From: an uncultured Rhodospirillaceae bacterium
GTDB taxonomy: Bacteria > Pseudomonadota > Alphaproteobacteria > UBA9219
NCBI GenBank assembly: GCA_964587125.1
Contig: CAZPKC010000001.1
Location: 163,945-227,944 of the forward strand
DNA length: 64,000 nucleotides
Direction: 5' to 3'
Both the position numbers and the translations under genes were made by a program. The notes under the pieces were generated by a model that ran no database searches, was not told the origin of the DNA, and saw nothing but the letters and a program-made list of their open reading frames with translations. Within the stretch, counting starts at the first letter, position 1. Each line of letters begins with the position of its first letter. Shown here piece after piece: positions 58,333-64,000 of the stretch.

Positions 58333-58362
58333 GATCGGCGGTTTTTCAGGTTATCGCGTCGA

Positions 58363-58728
58363 TTATTTCTCTTTCACGGGCGTCCAGCCGTTTTGGGTGA
58401 GACAGTTGCGGATGGCTTGATCGCGGGCGGGTTTATTGTCATCGACCGACGTAACTGTCGGCGGCACGGATTGCCCGCCCGACATCGCGCATCTGATGGA
58501 AGCGCCTGCGCCGCTGCAGTTTGCCGCCGGAGGCGTCGTATGGGCGTCTTCGTTCTCCACAAGCCGCATCTGGGGCGGAAGATGCGCCGTCGCCCAGCGG
58601 GTGCATGCCGCATTTATGTGCTCAAAATCCTTTTCCGAAGCGCCCGGCTTCTCCCATTCCTGAGCGCGGCAGGAAAGAAGGGCCAAAGACAAAATACAAC
58701 AAATGAGAGAAATCGTTCTGTTGGTCAT
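58363..58728 (-). CDS. small lipoprotein
   Basis: LALLSC lipobox; W.KPG motif; C-terminal C...GW. Confidence 0.7.
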   Translation of the reverse strand: MTNRTISLICCILSLALLSCRAQEWEKPGASEKDFEHINAACTRWATAHLPPQMRLVENEDAHTTPPAANCSGAGASIRCAMSGGQSVPPTVTSVDDNKPARDQAIRNCLTQNGWTPVKEK

Positions 58729-58965
58729 GATGAACCCTTCTCTAAAAGAGAAACGGAAAAAACATCTCCTCTGGTTAAATGTACACCGAAAAATAGCGCA
58801 TATCTTCACCGTTTTTTTGCTTCGCCCCCTGCTTTTTTGCGAAAAAACAAGGTAATTCATTGATAAATTGACGAAACTAATCTTCCTGTTGACCCGAGGA
58901 AGCTTTGTTTGCTTTGATGGGCCCGCAAGAATTTGAAAAATTCATTCATGGGATAAAGCATTATC

Positions 58966-59868
58966 ATGACCGCTTTGCCGGAAATCGACTCGGATATTAT
59001 CATCCCCTCTTTTGAAGAAACACAGAAGCTTATCGAGAACCTTTCTCTCGAAACATCGAAGTTTAATTTGGAATATAGAAACTCGCTAACCCGCCTGACT
59101 CCCCAAGGCCTGAAAGACAGCTTGATCTGGTTTGGGCAAATTCAGGAAACGGGAAGCGGCATGCTGCATATCATCGAATTTCTTGAAACCAAATTTCCCG
59201 AGGAAAGCCCGCCTTTCGCCGTGCCAATGCGCGCGGTTGTTTTAGAATCCATGAGCCGCACGATATTCTTTATCGAATTTCTTTTAAAGATGCCCCGGGA
59301 TCGATTGGAAACTTTGTCTCGCAACCCGGATTTGTTTAAACTGGCGCCTTATTTGCGCTTCATGATGCGCCAAAACCTCCGGCAGGAAAAACCGTTGCCG
59401 CCCAAATATCTGGAAGATCTCGGCGCAAAATTGAAAAATCATTTTGTCGGCAACCCAAATCTGGACAAAGACGCGCTTCGGCAACTCATTCCTTTTTCGC
59501 GCGCTTTTTTAAAAGCTTCGCAGCACGGGTTTAGCGATCCTCTCGCATTCGACAATTATAATAATCTTCTCGGCGAAAACGAAGTAGCGGCTCTGCGCGG
59601 CGTCCTCGATTCCCATAAGGACATCTTGCGGCAATACCTTGGCCTGCGCGGGCTAAAGCCTTTTTCGGGGGATTCGTCGAGCCTGCGGAACGTGGATACT
59701 CCAGGGGTTCTCGATTGGAAAAAAGCCGCTGATCTGACGGTTAAAGCGCACGCGGCCCTATCGCCGGAATTAGGGGACGCGGCGGAAAGTATTTTCAGCC
59801 GCGGGTTGGCAAGAGCGTCAAGCCGTCGCTCCAGCGAGCCGGCTTCTTTTTCCAAAGCCAGTTCCTGA
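58966..59868 (+). pseudogene. divergent M3B oligoendopeptidase F-like protein, 3'-truncated near 59812
   Basis: weak N-terminal PepF-like pattern and W..A...V.A...SPE.G..A...F..G; no HExxH motif; tail is antisense to DUF2924. Confidence 0.55.
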
Positions 59869-60017
59869 ATCCTGTACGCCAAGCGGTTGGAGATTCCCTT
59901 GCGATTAAAATCGGGAGGATCGGTTCGGTAGTATTCCCGCCACAGCTTTTTCAGATGACTGAAAGGTGCTGTTTGCAAGGCGGCGATTTGGGCGACAAGT
60001 TCGTTATTCATCATCAT
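59813..60017 (-). pseudogene. DUF2924-family protein, truncated
   Basis: QIAALQ....LKKLWREYY..PP..NRK....RLAYRIQELA. Confidence 0.75.
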
Positions 60018-60186
60018 GCTCCTGCACAACAGGAACACTCTTGTCCGCTCTGAAGTCCAGTGCTTTACGCTTCATAAAGCCTTTATTTGCAGCACTTTTC
60101 CGCAGTTTAAGGCGCAGGATGCCCAAGGCCAGAAGAGAGGCGATTTCGTCTTGGGTCTGGGCGTCGAGGATGATGTTGTTTTGCAT
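60004..60186 (-). CDS. small island protein upstream of DUF2924
   Basis: EIASLLALGILRL...LDF...SV pattern; overlaps the DUF2924 start. Confidence 0.55.
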   Translation of the reverse strand: MQNNIILDAQTQDEIASLLALGILRLKLRKSAANKGFMKRKALDFRADKSVPVVQEHDDE

Positions 60187-60516
60187 GCCCCGATGATAAT
60201 AGCGCAGCTTTTCAGAGCAACGCGACTCCCTACGCAAAAACGCGTGGAAACAAGTTTTTGCGCCGCCAACTGGTAGGCAGTTGGATTCACAAACGCAAAA
60301 ATACAAAACCGTGGAAGATCATATGCTTAAGGCTATGCACATGACGACCAAATGTGCATAGCCCTTCTTAGGAGATACGGCTTTTCAGGAAAAAACAGGT
60401 GGTTTTTGGCAAGAAAAATGCCCGTCCATGTGCATAGCTATGTGCGGGAAACCCTGCAAAATAAGGGCTAAATGACGGCGATCAAAAAAGTTATAAGAAA
60501 GTTTTTATTTGAGTAA

Positions 60517-60606
60517 TGGCGGATGGGGTGAGATTCGAACTCACGGTGGAGTCGCCTCCACGCCGGTTTTCAAGACCGGTTCCTTAAACCACTCGGACAC
60601 CCATCC
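60517..60606 (-). tRNA. tRNA-Ser(UGA)
   Basis: 90 nt with long variable arm; anticodon arm ccggt-cTTGAaa-accgg; encoded CCA. Confidence 0.97.
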
Positions 60607-60706
60607 GGATTTATGAAAACTTACACTTAGAGCGGTGCGACGGGAACAAAAATTTGCGTTAGGTATTGAAACCGTTGGGAAAGGATGGTTTTCGCGGAAA
60701 GGCCAA

Positions 60707-60735
60707 CTGGATTCCGGCGTTCGCCGGAATGACGA
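60707..60735. repeat. REP-like palindrome (reverse orientation) after panD
   Basis: ctggattccggcgttcgccggaatgacga. Confidence 0.85.
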
Positions 60736-60747
60736 TAATGTTTTGAT

Positions 60748-61161
60748 TTATTTCAACTTGTCGATGAAAAAGTCGTAAGGCTGCTTCATGCCTTCGGACA
60801 CGCGATATTGCAGGACTTCGGAAATTTCGTTTTTTTCGGTGAATGTAAGGACGCGCGGCCTTTTATCGCAGAGTTCGTCGGGTTCGATATGCTCGGTCGC
60901 GGCGATGATGATTTCGTCGCCGATCTGGCACGTCCGCGCGGCGGCTCCGTTTAAGATGCAGCAGCGTGAGCCCGCTTTTCCGTATATCACGTAGGTCGAG
61001 ATGCGCGCGCCCGTGTTTTTGTTCCAAATATTGACGAATTCCAGCGGATAAATCCCCGCTTCGGCGCAATGCTCGGGGTCGAGCGTGATCGACCCATGAT
61101 AGGTGATGTCCGCCCCCGTTACGCGCAGGCCGTGAAGTTTGGCTCGGATAACTTTGATCAT
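60748..61161 (-). CDS. panD: aspartate 1-decarboxylase
   Basis: [13 protein letters not shown] (G-S cleavage), TYVI and LNGAAAR. Confidence 0.96.
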   Translation of the reverse strand: MIKVIRAKLHGLRVTGADITYHGSITLDPEHCAEAGIYPLEFVNIWNKNTGARISTYVIYGKAGSRCCILNGAAARTCQIGDEIIIAATEHIEPDELCDKRPRVLTFTEKNEISEVLQYRVSEGMKQPYDFFIDKLK

Positions 61162-61417
61162 GCCTTAGTGCCTCGAATCGAAGAGCGAAGGACATACACT
61201 AAAAGAGGCGCTTATACCAGCGGGCACATGAAATCCGATTTGCCGTCTGACATCACTCGCTTTGCGCCTCGCTTGTCGCTTGCCGGGTTAACCATGTTAT
61301 TTATAATGGTTTCTTCAGTCCGGCGAGCGACAGGCTCCTCGCAACCGCTCGTGACCTATACGAGTCGCTTCAAGGAGCCGCTCGCATTAGTATACCTTGT
61401 TTTTCCTTAATTTTCAC
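61162..61417 (-). promoter_or_regulatory. panD promoter and long structured leader
   Basis: GTGAAA-N17-TATACT (61417-61389, minus strand); 63-nt nested hairpin at 61323-61385. Confidence 0.5.
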
Positions 61418-61509
61418 GCGTGTTTTGCCCTTAAGATCGAAGATTGCCCGTTTTTCGCCTCTACGGGATAAAAATTGCGCAGACAGTTCGGGAGCGTTAC
61501 ATTCAGCGC

Positions 61510-62859
61510 GTGAACAACAAAACGCCCCTTTTCCCGCACCGGCTTCCCTGGACGCTTCGCCTGAAACGCATGCTGCCGCGCAGCCTTTTCGGCCGCACGC
61601 TTTTGATTTTCGTCGTGCCGACTTTCATTATGCTGGCCGTCGCCACATACGTTTTCTTCGACCGCCATTGGTACACCGTCACGCAACGCATGACGCATGC
61701 TTTGGCCGGAGACACCGCGATCGTCGTCGAGCTGTTGCAGAGAAGCAATAGCCCCCAAACGACGGAAGGCATCAAGCGTCTGGCTGCCGAAAAAATGGAT
61801 TTGGTCGTCACTTTCGCGCCCGGGGAAACGTTGCCTAACCCTATCCCCGTTCGCGGCCCGATTGCCGTCATGCTGAAACACGCCCTTAACGAAAGTTTGT
61901 CGAATCCTTATATCCTCGACATGACCTATGCGCCCGAAACGATTAGCGTTCGCGTGGGCGTTCCCGAAGGCGTTTACACGATTTTATCTCCGGAACGGCG
62001 CGTTTATACGCCGACGACGCAGGTATTCATTTTGTGGATGACGGGAAGCTCGATTCTTTTGACGACCGTCGCGCTTCTTTTCATGCGCAACCAGATCAGG
62101 CCCGTCCGGCGCCTTGCCGCAGCGGCGGAAGCCATCGGCAAAGGCCGCGAAGTGCCGTGGTTTAAGGTCGAGGGGTCGGCAGAAGTCCGGCAGGCGGGCG
62201 CCGCGTTGATGGTCATGCGCGACCGCTTGAAGCGCCAAATCGCGCAGCGCACCGCCATGCTGGCGGGTGTGAGCCACGATTTGCGGACGCCTTTGACCCG
62301 CATGAGGCTTCAGATCGAATTGATGGGGATTACGCCGGAAACGGACGAGCTTTCCTCGGACGTCGCCGAGATGGAGGAAATGCTGAACGCCTATCTGGCC
62401 TTTGCGCGCGGCGAGGAAGCCGAAGCCACCCTGCCCGTCAATATCGGCGACCTTTTGAACGAAATCGCGACGGCCGCGCGGCGGCAGAATCCGAATATCG
62501 CCCTAAACGCGCCGCAAGACATCGAGATTATCATGCGGCGCAACGCCATGAAGCGCTGCCTGACGAATCTGGTCAGCAACGCTTTGCGCTACGGAAGCCG
62601 CGCCGAGATCAACGCCTCGGTCAACGAGCAAACGGTGTCGGTCACGATCGACGACAACGGGCCAGGAATCGATCCCGCGCTGCGCGAAGAAATGTTCCGG
62701 CCCTTCACGCGCGTCGAAGAATCCCGCAATCCGGCGACGGGCGGCGTGGGGCTTGGATTGACGATCGCGCGCGACATCGCGCGTTCGCACGGCGGCGACG
62801 TAATTTTGGAAGACAGCCCCTTGGGCGGGTTGAGGGCGCGGGTTTGGATACCGGTGTAA
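61510..62859 (+). CDS. EnvZ-like sensor histidine kinase
   Basis: two TM segments, HAMP domain, H-box GVSHDLRTPL, N/G1/F/G2 boxes. Confidence 0.95.
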   Translation: MNNKTPLFPHRLPWTLRLKRMLPRSLFGRTLLIFVVPTFIMLAVATYVFFDRHWYTVTQRMTHALAGDTAIVVELLQRSNSPQTTEGIKRLAAEKMDLVVTFAPGETLPNPIPVRGPIAVMLKHALNESLSNPYILDMTYAPETISVRVGVPEGVYTILSPERRVYTPTTQVFILWMTGSSILLTTVALLFMRNQIRPVRRLAAAAEAIGKGREVPWFKVEGSAEVRQAGAALMVMRDRLKRQIAQRTAMLAGVSHDLRTPLTRMRLQIELMGITPETDELSSDVAEMEEMLNAYLAFARGEEAEATLPVNIGDLLNEIATAARRQNPNIALNAPQDIEIIMRRNAMKRCLTNLVSNALRYGSRAEINASVNEQTVSVTIDDNGPGIDPALREEMFRPFTRVEESRNPATGGVGLGLTIARDIARSHGGDVILEDSPLGGLRARVWIPV

Positions 62860-62980
62860 GGGGTTAGCGGCTATCGCCTATGGATAAAACGATGTAAGTC
62901 TTTATTTACCAAATTATAATAGAATGATCGGAATGCATTATTTATCCGGATGCTTTTTGAAGAGTTTTGGAATTATTTTC

Positions 62981-63544
62981 ATGTCGAAAGATAAAAAAGC
63001 AGATGTCGCTAATTCATTGGATGACCTGACGCTTGTCGGCGAAAGAAAGCTTTTGGGATATCTGCCCCTAAGTACAATTTTCGAAAACTGCCGCGCCGAT
63101 CCGCATGACCTTTTGAAAGCAGCGGAAGCAAAAGGGTTAAAAGCCCTTATCTTGGGCAAGGAAGAAACTTACATTCCTTCCGGCGCTTTGTTCGTCTATG
63201 ATCCGCTGAAGCTTCAGGATTATTTGCTTGTGCAACAAAACAGGGACATCTTGGAACGAAATGGCTGGCCTACCGATGCCGCCGATTTTGTAAAATCCGT
63301 TGCCGCATTTTTTGTCGATCCTGCGAGATCGTCTTTCGATTTGGCCAACAGAAAAACTCTCTGCGATTTAATTGCCCTGACTTTCAACGATCCGCGCCCG
63401 GAGTATCAAAACTTTAAACAATATCCCGAAGGCCCTTCGGTTCCGCACGTTTATAAAGACACGGCCTTGTCTTCGGAAATATCAGCCCATGCGCCGACAT
63501 TTCGGGGAACGATCCGAAAAATAATCAGACACCATAAGATTTAA
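62981..63544 (+). CDS. hypothetical protein
   Basis: ORF contains K.LGYLP, GALF.YD..L..L..N..IL...GWP segments; family not recognised. Confidence 0.55.
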   Translation: MSKDKKADVANSLDDLTLVGERKLLGYLPLSTIFENCRADPHDLLKAAEAKGLKALILGKEETYIPSGALFVYDPLKLQDYLLVQQNRDILERNGWPTDAADFVKSVAAFFVDPARSSFDLANRKTLCDLIALTFNDPRPEYQNFKQYPEGPSVPHVYKDTALSSEISAHAPTFRGTIRKIIRHHKI

Positions 63545-63548
63545 GGTC

Positions 63549-64000
63549 TTACCCGACCTTTTTCGTTCCGGATTGCTCTTGCAAACGGCGGGTGACCGCG
63601 TCGGTAAGGCCGTCGCCCGTCATTTCAAGCTGATTCAGAATCTGGCGCAACGATCCCATTAGGTCTTCGCCCTGAAGCTTGAGCGCCGCCCTCATGCGAT
63701 CGGTGCGGGCCTGCATTTCGTCGATGCTTCTGTTCATGCTCAAGACCTGGCTATGCGCTTCGCCAACACCTTTCGTCAAAGAGCCCGTCTGGTCGTTGTA
63801 GATTTGGCCGATGCCGCGCATGATTCCCGCCGCCGTTTGAGCGCCCGTCGTCAGCTTGCTCATTTGCGTTTGAACCGCCGTGACGACTTCGTCCAAGCGT
63901 TCGATCGCATGCTGGCTGACGTCGCCCGACATCGCGCGCGCGGCTTCGAGCTTTTCGGCGATCGTGCCGAGATGCCCCAACATGCGTTGCAGATGCTCGA
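63549..64000 (-). CDS. 3' end of a large coiled-coil protein (partial; starts beyond the window)
   Basis: heptad-rich open frame running off the window end. Confidence 0.65.
   Translation of the reverse strand, partial: EHLQRMLGHLGTIAEKLEAARAMSGDVSQHAIERLDEVVTAVQTQMSKLTTGAQTAAGIMRGIGQIYNDQTGSLTKGVGEAHSQVLSMNRSIDEMQARTDRMRAALKLQGEDLMGSLRQILNQLEMTGDGLTDAVTRRLQEQSGTKKVG

Overview
This is a 64-kb chromosomal window from an alphaproteobacterium, probably an uncultured Rhodospirillales/Micavibrio-like lineage (inferred from rpsB-tsf-pyrH-frr-uppS, a type-B L36, psd-pssA-kdsA, dnaE and lpxA-fabZ). Most of it is housekeeping genes interleaved with AT-richer orphan genes. It has two tRNAs: Arg-UCU, with a small att-like duplication, and Ser-UGA, with an island remnant. 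The main accessory feature (about 44.9-53.3 kb) is an integrase-less, GTA-like head-packaging cluster: a DUF6456/GafZ-like regulator, small and truncated large terminase, prohead protease, truncated HK97 capsid and head-spike-like genes. At the portal position sits a stacked array of portal-tail / toxin / immunity modules. These are a colicin-E5-like RNase fragment with an Imm40-like gene, a portal tail fused in frame to a Cys/His amidase with an inverted DUF3828-like periplasmic partner, and a second, synonymously diverged portal tail. This looks like a polymorphic toxin system carried on a GTA/phage portal. Also seen: an RPE-1-like palindromic element, dispersed REP-like palindromes, a candidate sRNA, a structured panD leader and unlisted small ORFs. 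All family assignments come from motif recognition by eye, with no database searches. Several half-gene junctions could be either biological deletions or assembly artefacts.
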